64,000 nucleotides of DNA, from positions 128,001-192,000 of the forward strand of contig CAVXDX010000008.1 in NCBI GenBank assembly GCA_963760615.1. The letters run 5' to 3'. How positions within the stretch are numbered: the stretch's first letter is position 1; the number at the start of each line of letters is the position of its first letter. This document shows positions 10,641 through 19,618 of this stretch, piece after piece. The position numbers and the translations under genes are program-made. The notes beneath the pieces are model-generated. The model ran no database searches. It saw nothing but the letters and a program-made list of their open reading frames with translations, and was not told the origin of the DNA. The DNA comes from an uncultured Candidatus Micrarchaeota archaeon. Lineage in GTDB: Archaea; Micrarchaeota; Micrarchaeia; Burarchaeales; Fermentimicrarchaeaceae.

Positions 10641-10726
10641 GCCCCGATAGCTCAGTCGGTAGAGCGACTGGCTGTTAGGCAATTGCGGATACCAGTAGGT
10701 CGTCGGTTCAAGTCCGACTCGGGGCG
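10641..10726 (+). tRNA. tRNA-Asn(GTT) with a 13-nt intron at 37/38 (10678-10690)
   Basis: GCCCCGA/TCGGGGC acceptor, ACTGG-CT-GTT-A-[GGCAATTGCGGAT]-A-CCAGT anticodon arm, GTCGG-TTCAAGT-CCGAC T arm. Confidence 0.93.
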
Positions 10727-10728
10727 CT
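10709..10728 (+). repeat. 20-bp direct repeat, copy 1 (tRNA-Asn 3' end, att-like)
   Basis: CAAGTCCGACTCGGGGCGCT, identical to 11731-11750. Confidence 0.95.
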
Positions 10729-10865
10729 ACGGATTTTACGACGGAGAATGGGGGGATCCGAATACAGAAAAACGACTTGAACCTCCGTCGTAGCGCGGGT
10801 GCGACTCCCACCGAGTCCATAAGTTTTTATGCCCTCCTTGCAAAAGATAATCTGCGGGTGGTAGA

Positions 10866-11603
10866 ATGAGTTGGAGCAAACTAATATTTTTTATGATTAT
10901 CTTGTCCGTAATTCTTATTCCGACAACTTCTGCTACTCCTGCTTTCTACTATGTTATCTGTAACGTAACCATTTCAAAAGGAGTCAATGTTAATCAGAGC
11001 AACATAACTGTCAACCAATGTTTTGGATATTCTCCTTACAGTTCAACTTGTGACATATCAACATTGAAAGATAGAATTCATACTAATATGACTTATACCA
11101 TTAACAATGAATTTACTAAAGGTTTTTCAGTCGATAACACATCATCCATCCAAGAAGGAAATTACATTATTAAGGGGGGGTTTTGGGGAGGATTTTCAAG
11201 CATACAAAAAATAACGGACAATAGAAGCTTGGATGCAATCGCCCAGGAAGACTGCAGTAACTATGCGATTAACTCTTTCATAAATTCTGGAGAGATCTAC
11301 CTCTTCTCGCCATTAATTCTATGCGTAGCATTTGCATTCATAAAAAAACCATCAAAGAAAATTAAATTTTTGAGCATAGATTGGAGAAAGTTGAGTCTTT
11401 GCTTTTTGCTGATGTTCACGCTTTTTATGGGATTTGAGTTTTTTTCTCTTGTTCCGACAATTATTCCTTTTCCTATCAATTATCTCATTATACCGTTTGG
11501 AATAATTGGTTTGATTTTAGCAATCCCCGCGTTCATTGTTATATCGTTGTTTAGCGGTCGATCGGTACCCTTGATCAGTGAACAGTACCCTTGCAGTATA
11601 TGA
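10866..11603 (+). CDS. Hypothetical membrane protein (signal peptide, Cys-containing extracellular part, 3 C-terminal TMs)
   Basis: 245-aa AT-rich ORF with hydrophobic N-terminus, NxS/T sequons and hydrophobic C-terminal helices. Confidence 0.75.
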   Translation: MSWSKLIFFMIILSVILIPTTSATPAFYYVICNVTISKGVNVNQSNITVNQCFGYSPYSSTCDISTLKDRIHTNMTYTINNEFTKGFSVDNTSSIQEGNYIIKGGFWGGFSSIQKITDNRSLDAIAQEDCSNYAINSFINSGEIYLFSPLILCVAFAFIKKPSKKIKFLSIDWRKLSLCFLLMFTLFMGFEFFSLVPTIIPFPINYLIIPFGIIGLILAIPAFIVISLFSGRSVPLISEQYPCSI

Positions 11604-11703
11604 TATATTTTATAGCGTTTTTCGTATACCCGCTATTTCTCTCCTTGGGAATTTTTTATCTTTATGACAATGTGAAAGCTGGGGGTTCGAATGCACGGAA
11701 ACC

Positions 11704-11729
11704 ATAAGAACCACCGACGTGGTTCTTAT
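11704..11729. repeat. Perfect 11-bp inverted repeat next to the att-like copy
   Basis: ATAAGAACCAC-CGAC-GTGGTTCTTAT. Confidence 0.9.
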
Positions 11730-11730
11730 A

Positions 11731-11750
11731 CAAGTCCGACTCGGGGCGCT
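11731..11750 (+). repeat. 20-bp direct repeat, copy 2 (attR-like)
   Basis: CAAGTCCGACTCGGGGCGCT, identical to 10709-10728. Confidence 0.95.
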
Positions 11751-11794
11751 TTTCTTTTGTGAGATTTTTAAAGGTTTATATGCAAAACTAACTC

Positions 11795-12094
11795 ATGGAA
11801 TGCGGATACTGCCATACGGTTTCAAACGACCTCCCTTACAAATGCAAGTTCTGCGGGGGAACCTTCTGCTCCGAGCACAGGCTTCCAGAGAACCACGAGT
11901 GCCTGGGGCTGGAGAAGTTCAAGGATGTGAAGCACGATGAGTTCAGGGGAGGCGTTGTAAAGGCAGCAAAGGAGTATGATGAAAAGGTGAAGGCATACGA
12001 AAGCAGGGGGTTGGACACGCGGAAGCTTGCCCTGTACATTGTCATGCTGATAATAATTGCATTTATTGTCTATTACCTCTTGAAGCACATTTGA
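11795..12094 (+). CDS. AN1-type zinc finger protein with C-terminal TM anchor
   Basis: CGYC..LPYKCKFCGGTFCSEHRLPENHEC; hydrophobic C-terminus. Confidence 0.9.
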   Translation: MECGYCHTVSNDLPYKCKFCGGTFCSEHRLPENHECLGLEKFKDVKHDEFRGGVVKAAKEYDEKVKAYESRGLDTRKLALYIVMLIIIAFIVYYLLKHI

Positions 12095-12139
12095 GCGGAT
12101 ACAAATATATAGTCAAAACGCCAAAAATAAGCTGATAGG

Positions 12140-12979
12140 ATGGCCAGGCAGAAAAAAGAGAAGGTTGACGGGAGTTTTAGCTACCAGGACATACTGGATA
12201 GGCTGGGTGAGAATGAAGATGTGAGCTTTGAGAGGATTGGCGATACCATAATAATGAGGAGAGAGGAGCCTGAGGAAAAGAGGGTTCAGGAGGAGTTCAC
12301 CAATGTGACGGAATACGAGCCAGGCCCTATGGCGGAGGAGGTTAAGGCAGACCTGGAGGATGCCGAGAAGAAGCTGTTTCTCGTTAAGAGGGAGATAGAA
12401 AAGAAGAAGTTCAGGCGAATCTCGGGGAAGGATACCCAGGAGCTTGAGATTGCCTTCTCGAGGCTGGAGAGGAGGCTTGACTCCCTTGAGAGAGAGTTCA
12501 GGAGCCTGCGTGTGGAGCTCAGCTACCTGAGGGGAGTGACCATGGAGAAGCTGCAGCTTGCTACAAGCGAGGAGCCGGCTGAAAAAGCAGTGTATCCAAA
12601 GGTTGAGGAGGTTGCCGTCAGCGAGGGCGGCCAGGTGCAGATAGTCCAGGAGGAGATTCCTGGGGTGAAGTTTGAGGAGAAGAAAGATGAGGGAAAACTT
12701 AGCTTTCTGACAAGCACCCTCGCGAATATATACAACTCATTCTTCCTCGGCGCAAGCGAGGAGAGGGATGTGTACAAGGAGTTTCAGAAAAAGCTTTTCC
12801 TGCTCGTGAGGACCCAGCCAAGAAGCCTTGACGAAATTTCCTACGGAAGTGGAGAGAGCAAGGCGGACTGCCTCATATGGCTGACAAGGATGGTCGACGA
12901 GGGTCTGCTTCAGGAGATGAAGGAGCAAGGTCCTGCGGGAAAGCGCGTTTACAGGATAGTGTGGGAAAAAATCACCTAG
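12140..12979 (+). CDS. Hypothetical coiled-coil protein with C-terminal winged-helix-like domain
   Basis: E/K/R heptad stretch; SLDEIS...CLIWLTRMVDEGLL...GKRVYRI wHTH-like end. Confidence 0.65.
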   Translation: MARQKKEKVDGSFSYQDILDRLGENEDVSFERIGDTIIMRREEPEEKRVQEEFTNVTEYEPGPMAEEVKADLEDAEKKLFLVKREIEKKKFRRISGKDTQELEIAFSRLERRLDSLEREFRSLRVELSYLRGVTMEKLQLATSEEPAEKAVYPKVEEVAVSEGGQVQIVQEEIPGVKFEEKKDEGKLSFLTSTLANIYNSFFLGASEERDVYKEFQKKLFLLVRTQPRSLDEISYGSGESKADCLIWLTRMVDEGLLQEMKEQGPAGKRVYRIVWEKIT

Positions 12980-14181
12980 AGCCACTTCCCTATTCTCTCC
13001 CCGATTCTTATCAATTCATTGAACTTGGCGTTTCTCTCCCCTCCCACAACGTTTGTCTTCAGCATCCTGCAGTCGAATGCAACTGCCACGTGGGAGATGA
13101 AGCTGTCGCAGGTTTCACCTGAGCGGTGGGAGGCTATGCATACATATTCATGCTCTTTGGCGTAATTTACTGTCTCAGCAACCTGGGTCAATGTCCCTAT
13201 CTGGTTTGGCTTTATTATGAGCGAGTTGCAGGCGCGCGTCTTCACTCCAGTCTCAAGCCTGCTCCTGTTCGTGACAAACAAATCATCACCGCAGATGAGA
13301 CAGTTGCCTGCCTTGCTTGTGAGTTCTGCAAACCCTTCAAAATCTTCCTCATGCAGCGGGTCCTCAACATAGCCGAGCTTGAACTTTTTTATTAGCTCCA
13401 AAACTAATTCAATCTGCTCTCCCCTCTCGAGCTTCCTCCCATCTACTTCATAGGTGTATTTCCCACCATCAAAAAGCGAGCTTGAAGCCATGTCCACTCC
13501 GATAACCACTTTCAAGCCAGTCTCAGAGCTTGCCTGCTGGCATGCTTCAGAGAGCATCTCCAGCGCCTCCTCAGTCTTCATCCTTGCGACCCAGCCGGAT
13601 TCGTCATCCCTGCCGAGCGTGACGCCTCTCTTCTTCAGCTTCTCCTTTATCTTCCTGTGAACGGAAACATTCGCCTGCAAAGCAGGGTAAAGGTCCTTGG
13701 CATTGCTCGGGAATACCAGGAATTCCTGTATGTCGCAGGAATTCACCGCGTGTTTCCCCCCGCCTATTATCTTGCTAAGGGGAAGAGGGAACCACCTGCC
13801 TTCTCCAAGAATTTCAAAGAGCTGTTTTCCCTGGAAGTTTGCTGATGCCTTGGCGCATGCCATGGAGATTGCAATTGCTGCATTGCCTCCAAGGTTTGAG
13901 AAATTGCCAGTCCCGTCCGCTTCCCTCAGGATTGCATCTATCTTCTTCTGCTCCTTCACATCCACTCCAACAAGCTTTGGCATGATGTTTGATTTGGCGA
14001 ATTTTATTGAGGCATCAACGCTGCCTGGGTATGCAACAGCCTCAAACTTGCCAACGGATGCACCGCTTGGAGCAGAAGCCCTTCCGAAGAAGGAGTCGCC
14101 TCTTACCTCGCACTCAAATGAAAAATCTCCCCTGGAATCCAGAATTTTCCTGAAGACTATTTGCTTTATTTCAGGTTTCAT
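12976..14181 (-). CDS. eno: Enolase
   Basis: DSRG, ASAPSGAS, GGKHA, EDP, GDDLFVTN, KPNQIG, SHRSGET. Confidence 0.97.
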   Translation of the reverse strand: MKPEIKQIVFRKILDSRGDFSFECEVRGDSFFGRASAPSGASVGKFEAVAYPGSVDASIKFAKSNIMPKLVGVDVKEQKKIDAILREADGTGNFSNLGGNAAIAISMACAKASANFQGKQLFEILGEGRWFPLPLSKIIGGGKHAVNSCDIQEFLVFPSNAKDLYPALQANVSVHRKIKEKLKKRGVTLGRDDESGWVARMKTEEALEMLSEACQQASSETGLKVVIGVDMASSSLFDGGKYTYEVDGRKLERGEQIELVLELIKKFKLGYVEDPLHEEDFEGFAELTSKAGNCLICGDDLFVTNRSRLETGVKTRACNSLIIKPNQIGTLTQVAETVNYAKEHEYVCIASHRSGETCDSFISHVAVAFDCRMLKTNVVGGERNAKFNELIRIGERIGKWL

Positions 14182-14185
14182 CCTC

Positions 14186-14509
14186 TCACCCCTGCAACTT
14201 CATTATTGCTTCTGCAATATCACCATTGCACTCATTAAGAGCCTGCTCCGCCTTCTCCTTTGATGCGCCTGTCTTCTCCATCACGAGCTTCACATCCTCC
14301 TCTTTTGTGATAGGTTTCTCCTCAACCCTCCCAGCGATGGTGAATGTCCTCTGCCCCTGCATGGATATCTCGGTTATCTGCGGCTCTGTTATGATTATCT
14401 GGCTGCCCTCCTTCTCTATGATGACTTTGGAAGCCTTCACCTCCTGGCTCTTCATGCCCATCTGCTCCATCATCCTCTGCATCTGCTTTGGGTTTATTCC
14501 CTGTAGCAT
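14186..14509 (-). CDS. nac: Nascent polypeptide-associated complex protein
   Basis: NPKQMQRMMEQMG, EEDVKLVMEKTG, UBA-like GDIAEAI. Confidence 0.93.
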   Translation of the reverse strand: MLQGINPKQMQRMMEQMGMKSQEVKASKVIIEKEGSQIIITEPQITEISMQGQRTFTIAGRVEEKPITKEEDVKLVMEKTGASKEKAEQALNECNGDIAEAIMKLQG

Positions 14510-14616
14510 AACATCCCTCCCGAGGATATTTCAGAATTCGTCTTTATAAATCTCCCCATGATGGTTCTTTATCCCCTCCCAGTTCTTTGTCAAGTAGATG
14601 ACAACATGCTTTATGG

Positions 14617-15597
14617 CTAAAATTTGAGATCTAACTGCATCGTTATACCCGCTAGTCTCTGCATTATATCCTTATCAGGAAGCATGAGGTATTTTTTTAG
14701 GATTTCATCCCTCTGTTCTGGTGAGACCTTGTCATACAAAGAAGGCAGTTGCTTAATCAATTTTACCTGCTCCTCCTCTAGTGCTGGAACCTTAAAATCA
14801 GGGTTCAGTCTTCCATATTCCCAGAGCAGCAGCTTAAAGGCGTCAGCTCTGTACAGTGTATACTCCTGCTTCTCGTACTTAGTTTTTTTACTTATATGTT
14901 CTATATTCCGTATAGATTCCTCCCTGCCTGAGGCATTCGGATCGTATAAAAAGTCTCCGAATAATGGTAGGAGTTCCCAGTCCATAGCTTCGCCAATTCT
15001 ATCCCTGAATCTATGAATCAGTTCATGGCGCAAGGAAGCACGGAAGGCACGCGAAACTTCCTGATAGTTCCCAGACTCAAAACTTAGGGCAAGGCTGACA
15101 AAGTCGCCGCCGCCTCCATAGTCAAGCGGAATGGATATTATCGGTAAGGCTTCTCTTTCACTCTCATATTCAAGCCCAAAGGCTGGAGGTTGACGCCGAT
15201 CGCCAATGCTACGTATTCTTATTAGGAAAACCTCCTCGTTATAACCGGCAATTTTTGACAGCTCATCTACTGCTACATTTAGCTGATAAACTACTGCTTT
15301 TAAAAGTTTAATATCAAGAGGCTTCGAATATTCCACCCTAAAATATCTTCCGTTTATTTCAAAATCAAGATTGCGGTTCAAAATCTCGTAGGTCAGTTCA
15401 TCTTTTGTGGATTCAACTCTAGAAGTCGGAGGCACATCTTTGAACTTTTCCTTTGCTTCGTTTAGGGAAAGCTGCTTGACCTTGCCTGCGATTTCTTCCA
15501 AAAGGAGCCTGGCTATTGCCTGCTGAGGCGATTCCTTGGCTAACGGAAATTTAATATCTTGTTGCTCTTTCCTCTCCGCTACCTTCTCTCCATTCAT
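14617..15597 (-). CDS. Hypothetical protein with HExxH motif (putative zincin-like)
   Basis: SLRHELIHRF; 326-aa ORF, more AT-rich than neighbours. Confidence 0.6.
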   Translation of the reverse strand: MNGEKVAERKEQQDIKFPLAKESPQQAIARLLLEEIAGKVKQLSLNEAKEKFKDVPPTSRVESTKDELTYEILNRNLDFEINGRYFRVEYSKPLDIKLLKAVVYQLNVAVDELSKIAGYNEEVFLIRIRSIGDRRQPPAFGLEYESEREALPIISIPLDYGGGGDFVSLALSFESGNYQEVSRAFRASLRHELIHRFRDRIGEAMDWELLPLFGDFLYDPNASGREESIRNIEHISKKTKYEKQEYTLYRADAFKLLLWEYGRLNPDFKVPALEEEQVKLIKQLPSLYDKVSPEQRDEILKKYLMLPDKDIMQRLAGITMQLDLKF

Positions 15598-15645
15598 GCT
15601 TAGATTATGCCTTTTGCTTTATTTAAATAGTGAAGTTTACCGGTA

Positions 15646-16224
15646 TTAAGCAAACTTTTCAAAAATCTCTGACTTTCTTACCTCAATCCTCTTTACTGGG
15701 CACAGCTTCTTCAGCCTGTTGAAGAGAGTCGCAGAGAGTTTGCCGAATATTATCTCCTGGGCGAGCTGCTGGAAGTCCATCTCCTTTACACGGAGCAACA
15801 CCTCATCCCTTGTGGAGTTCCTTAGAGCTGTCTTAACAGGAGAGCTAACCCTTCTTGCAGTGAATATGGATATCTTCAGCCTTAGCTTCACCCCATCCTT
15901 GCTCTCCACATCAACAACCTCATTCACCACATTCCTCCTCCTTCTTACAAGAGTTCTCAAATAACCTGCGGATATCTCGTGACCTATGAGCTTCGTGTAA
16001 GCAGTCTTCCCCTTCACCTCATTGATTCTGAAATGCAGGTTGACATACGACTGGCTGATGTCCCCGGTCAATTCCGCCAGGCTCACCTTCACAATTCGGT
16101 TCATCAGATGGGCATCCTCTGTTGCAGGTATCTGCCCTACCTCCTTGCTCTCGAACATCTGCGGGGCAAGCACGGTGTACCATGTCTTGCTCTTCCAAGT
16201 ATCAACAATTTTCTCCTTTGCCAT
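15646..16224 (-). CDS. rps3ae: 30S ribosomal protein S3Ae
   Basis: DTWKSKTWYTVLAP, LRTLVRRR, PVKRIEVRKSE. Confidence 0.95.
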   Translation of the reverse strand: MAKEKIVDTWKSKTWYTVLAPQMFESKEVGQIPATEDAHLMNRIVKVSLAELTGDISQSYVNLHFRINEVKGKTAYTKLIGHEISAGYLRTLVRRRRNVVNEVVDVESKDGVKLRLKISIFTARRVSSPVKTALRNSTRDEVLLRVKEMDFQQLAQEIIFGKLSATLFNRLKKLCPVKRIEVRKSEIFEKFA

Positions 16225-16228
16225 CCAC

Positions 16229-16684
16229 TTACCTCACAAGCAGAGCCGCCTGCTCTGGCTCGTATTTCCAGTTCTTTGGGAGCGTCCCAACCTTCCTGTA
16301 GTATTTCACAAGCCTCTTTATCTTCGATTCAACATGAATGAGCTTTGTCGTGTTCAAGCCATCTCCTTTGTGTGTCTTCAGGTGCTTCCTCATATTCACT
16401 GCCTTCTTTATGAGATTGAGTAAGTCGTCCGGGTAGGCTGGGGCAAGCCCCTGCTCTGCAAGGATTTTCATGATGGATTTGCCAGTGAGGGACTCTATGC
16501 TCGGCACTCCGTACTGGTCCCTCAGCCTCTGCCCGATGAGGGCAGCCTGCATGCCTTCCTTGTGCATCTTAAGGACAAGAGCCTCCGTATCTTGGGCGCT
16601 GAGCTCAACCCACTCCGGAACCGTCTTAACAGCGGGTTTCTTCGAGCCGGATTTCCCCTTTTTCCTTGAATGCATTCTCGCCAT
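16229..16684 (-). CDS. rps15: 30S ribosomal protein S15
   Basis: MARMHSRKKGKSGS, LRDQYGVP, ESKIKRLVKYY; ATG at 16684. Confidence 0.96.
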   Translation of the reverse strand: MARMHSRKKGKSGSKKPAVKTVPEWVELSAQDTEALVLKMHKEGMQAALIGQRLRDQYGVPSIESLTGKSIMKILAEQGLAPAYPDDLLNLIKKAVNMRKHLKTHKGDGLNTTKLIHVESKIKRLVKYYRKVGTLPKNWKYEPEQAALLVR

Positions 16685-16689
16685 AAACC

Positions 16690-17232
16690 TCATCTCCCAA
16701 TCCATTCCGCAAGTCTCTTCAGCGAATTCCTCCTGTGAGAGCACAGCGACTTTGTTTTCTTATCCTCTCCAAATGTTTTCTCAGAGCCTGCCGGGATGAA
16801 TATCGGGTCATACCCGAATCCTCTTCCCCTCAACTCACGGGAGATATAACCGTCAACCCTCCCAGTTATTACCTTTTCCTCCCTTCCATTCCACACGGCA
16901 ATTGCCGATAGGAAGTATGCACCCCTGTTTTGCTCCTCTCTGAGCAGCTTCAGTACGCCCTCATTTCCAATCTTCTTGAAAACCCAGGAGGAGAGCGTCC
17001 CTGGAAATCCATTGAGAGCGTCGATGAACAGGCCAGAATCCTCAATGAAGAAAGGCTTGTTCACCTTCCTGCGCAGGAGCCTCAGGCATGTGAGGGCAAT
17101 CTCCTCGCAGCTCTCAGATCTAATCTCTTCGCATTCAACATCTTTGCGCCCTATAATTACGTTATATTCTTTTAAAATCCTTTCGGCTTCCCTGAACTTG
17201 TGCTTGTTGCCTGTGATGAATGTAAGTTTCAT
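16690..17232 (-). CDS. rdgB: Non-canonical purine NTP pyrophosphatase (RdgB/HAM1)
   Basis: FITGNKHK, EDSGLFIDALNGFPG, GFGYDPIF, SHR. Confidence 0.95.
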   Translation of the reverse strand: MKLTFITGNKHKFREAERILKEYNVIIGRKDVECEEIRSESCEEIALTCLRLLRRKVNKPFFIEDSGLFIDALNGFPGTLSSWVFKKIGNEGVLKLLREEQNRGAYFLSAIAVWNGREEKVITGRVDGYISRELRGRGFGYDPIFIPAGSEKTFGEDKKTKSLCSHRRNSLKRLAEWIGR

Positions 17233-17237
17233 CGAGT

Positions 17238-19610
17238 CTACCTTTTTACCGATATAGAGAACTCTCCTTTTGATACTTCTATTTTTTTAACCCTTCCCGC
17301 AGCCTCAATTTCCTCCTTCACAGAATCAAGTTGTTCAGGCTTTTCCACTTTTATCTTTACTGATGAAAGTTCAGCGTTCAGCGGCATTTTCTGGCTCATC
17401 TTGAACTTCCTTATTTCGCTGAGAATACTGTTGAGCAGCGCAGCACTCTGCTCGCTCTCCTCGTCAATTGCCTTCTTATTCACCTTGGGCCAGCCTTCAG
17501 AGTGTATGCTCTCCTCTTTGGAGAAGAGCTGCTGGTAGAGCTCATCCGCTGTGTATGGGGCAAAAGGCGCCAGAAGCTTTAGGGAAGTGAGCAGAACTGT
17601 CCTGAGGGTGTACTGGGCTGCCCTCCTGCCCTCAGCACCGTACTTGTCGCTCTGGTAGAGCCTGTGCTTCACCTCTTCCAGGTAGTAGTCACAGAACTCA
17701 TGCCAGAAGAATTCTGTGAGCGCGGTTACTACGGAGTAGAAATCGTAATTTTCAAATGAGCTTGTGCAGCTTTCAACCAGCTTGTTGAGCCTGCTCAGTA
17801 TCCACCTGTCGGTTGCCTTCAGCCTCATCTTTTCCTTCTCATCAAATTCCTTAAGTTGGGTTTCAATGAATTTCGAAGCGTTCCACAGCTTGTTGAGGAA
17901 GGAGTGCGCGTAGTTCACATCCTTCCAGTAGAATACATTGTCCTTCCCTGTGCTTCCTGAGAGGGCTGCCCACATCCTGAGGGAGTCCACAGAAGACTTG
18001 GCAATGACATCCTTTGCCTCGACATAGTTGCCGAGCGACTTGCTCATCTTCTTCCCATCGGAGCCGCACACCATCCCATTGATGAGGACATCCTTGAAGC
18101 AGGGTTTCTCCGTTAGCATGAGGCAGCGGTATATTGTGTAGAAAGCCCATGTCCTTATGATGTCAGTTCCCTGCGGCCTCAGGGAGGATGGGTAGAGCGC
18201 GGCAAACTTTTTCTCATCATCAGGCCAGCCTGCTATTACGAGCGGAGTTATACTGGAGTCGACCCAGCCGTCGCATATGCTGCTCTCCCCGATGAGCTTG
18301 CCCTCGCATTTCGGGCACATCTCTGTGGGTGGCTTGTCCTTTGTTGGGTCTACCGGAAGGTTGGAGTAGTCTGGAGCTATTACGCAGTCGCATTTCTCGC
18401 AGTACCAGAATGGGATGGGAATGCCGAAAACCCTCTGCCTTGAGAAGCACCAGTCCCACTCCAAACCCCTGCTCCAGTCTATGAGAAGCTGGATTGCGTG
18501 GGAGGGCACCCACCTCATCTCAGAAGCAGCCTTTATGACCTCTTCCTCATGCCCTTTGAGCTTCATGAACCACTGCGCTGACTGCAGGAATTCCACAGGC
18601 CTCTTGCACCTGTCGTGTATCTTCACCATCTGCTTGAGCTTCTCCTTCTTGCTGATGAGCTTTAGTGAGCTGAGCTCTTCGAGCATCTTTTCTCTTGCCT
18701 GCTCTGCTTTCAAGCCAGTGAATTTTCCTGCATTGAGCAGCCTCCCCCTTGCATCCATCGCCTCAATGACGGGAAGGTTGTGCCTGTAGGTCCACACCAC
18801 ATCCTGTTTGTCCCCGAAGGTGCATACCATGACTATTCCAGTGCCGAAGTTTGGGTCTACCTCTGCATCAGGAAGTATTTTCACCTCCCTGTTGAATACG
18901 GGAACAATGGCAGTCTTGCCGTGCAGCTTCTTGTAGCGTTCGTCTTCCGGGTTGACGAGCACACCAACGCAGGCATTAAGCAATTCAGGCCTCGTTGTTG
19001 CAATGATGAGGAGCTTGCCCTCGCATGAAAATGATATGTAGTTCAGGGTTGTCTCCCTCTCAACCTCATCAGTTTCTGCCTTTGCTATTGCGCTCTCGCA
19101 GCAGGTGCACCAGAGCACAGGATGCTTGGAGCGGTAGACAAGTCCTTTCTCAAACATCTTCAGTATGGAGTACTGCACCTTCCTGTGGTACTCCCTGTCG
19201 ATTGTATAATATTCCTTCCCCCAGTCTATGGAGAAGCCCATCTCATTCATCTGGGGCTTCATTGTCCCGATGACTTCCCTTGTCCATTCCAGGCATTTTT
19301 TCTTGAACTCCTCTCTGGGAAGCCTCCCGTATTTCTTCTCAACCTTCACCTCTGTGGGGAAGCCGTGGCAGTCCCAACCCTGGGGGAAGAGGACGTTGTA
19401 GCCGCACATCCTCTTGTACCTTGCGGCGAAATCCATGTAGCACCAATTCAATGTATTGCCTATGTGGAATTCGCCTGTGGGGAAAGGCGGCGGCGAGTCT
19501 ATGACAAAGACTTTCCTCTTGCTCTTCTCGTCAAACTCGTGGAGCTTGAGTTCCTCCCATCTCTTCCTGAGCCTTTCCTCGAACTTATTCGGTGAGTATT
19601 CGTCAAGCAT
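17238..19610 (-). CDS. valS: Valine--tRNA ligase
   Basis: PPPFPTGEFHIGN (HIGH), GWDCHG, ATTRPE, WCFSRQR, KMSKSLGN. Confidence 0.96.
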   Translation of the reverse strand: MLDEYSPNKFEERLRKRWEELKLHEFDEKSKRKVFVIDSPPPFPTGEFHIGNTLNWCYMDFAARYKRMCGYNVLFPQGWDCHGFPTEVKVEKKYGRLPREEFKKKCLEWTREVIGTMKPQMNEMGFSIDWGKEYYTIDREYHRKVQYSILKMFEKGLVYRSKHPVLWCTCCESAIAKAETDEVERETTLNYISFSCEGKLLIIATTRPELLNACVGVLVNPEDERYKKLHGKTAIVPVFNREVKILPDAEVDPNFGTGIVMVCTFGDKQDVVWTYRHNLPVIEAMDARGRLLNAGKFTGLKAEQAREKMLEELSSLKLISKKEKLKQMVKIHDRCKRPVEFLQSAQWFMKLKGHEEEVIKAASEMRWVPSHAIQLLIDWSRGLEWDWCFSRQRVFGIPIPFWYCEKCDCVIAPDYSNLPVDPTKDKPPTEMCPKCEGKLIGESSICDGWVDSSITPLVIAGWPDDEKKFAALYPSSLRPQGTDIIRTWAFYTIYRCLMLTEKPCFKDVLINGMVCGSDGKKMSKSLGNYVEAKDVIAKSSVDSLRMWAALSGSTGKDNVFYWKDVNYAHSFLNKLWNASKFIETQLKEFDEKEKMRLKATDRWILSRLNKLVESCTSSFENYDFYSVVTALTEFFWHEFCDYYLEEVKHRLYQSDKYGAEGRRAAQYTLRTVLLTSLKLLAPFAPYTADELYQQLFSKEESIHSEGWPKVNKKAIDEESEQSAALLNSILSEIRKFKMSQKMPLNAELSSVKIKVEKPEQLDSVKEEIEAAGRVKKIEVSKGEFSISVKR

Positions 19611-19618
19611 GAAACCAC

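Larger units (their letters stand above)
10729..11750. mobile_element. ~1-kb tRNA-Asn-integrated mini-island without integrase
   Basis: Bounded by a perfect 20-bp repeat of the tRNA 3' end; carries one AT-rich ORF. Confidence 0.7.
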
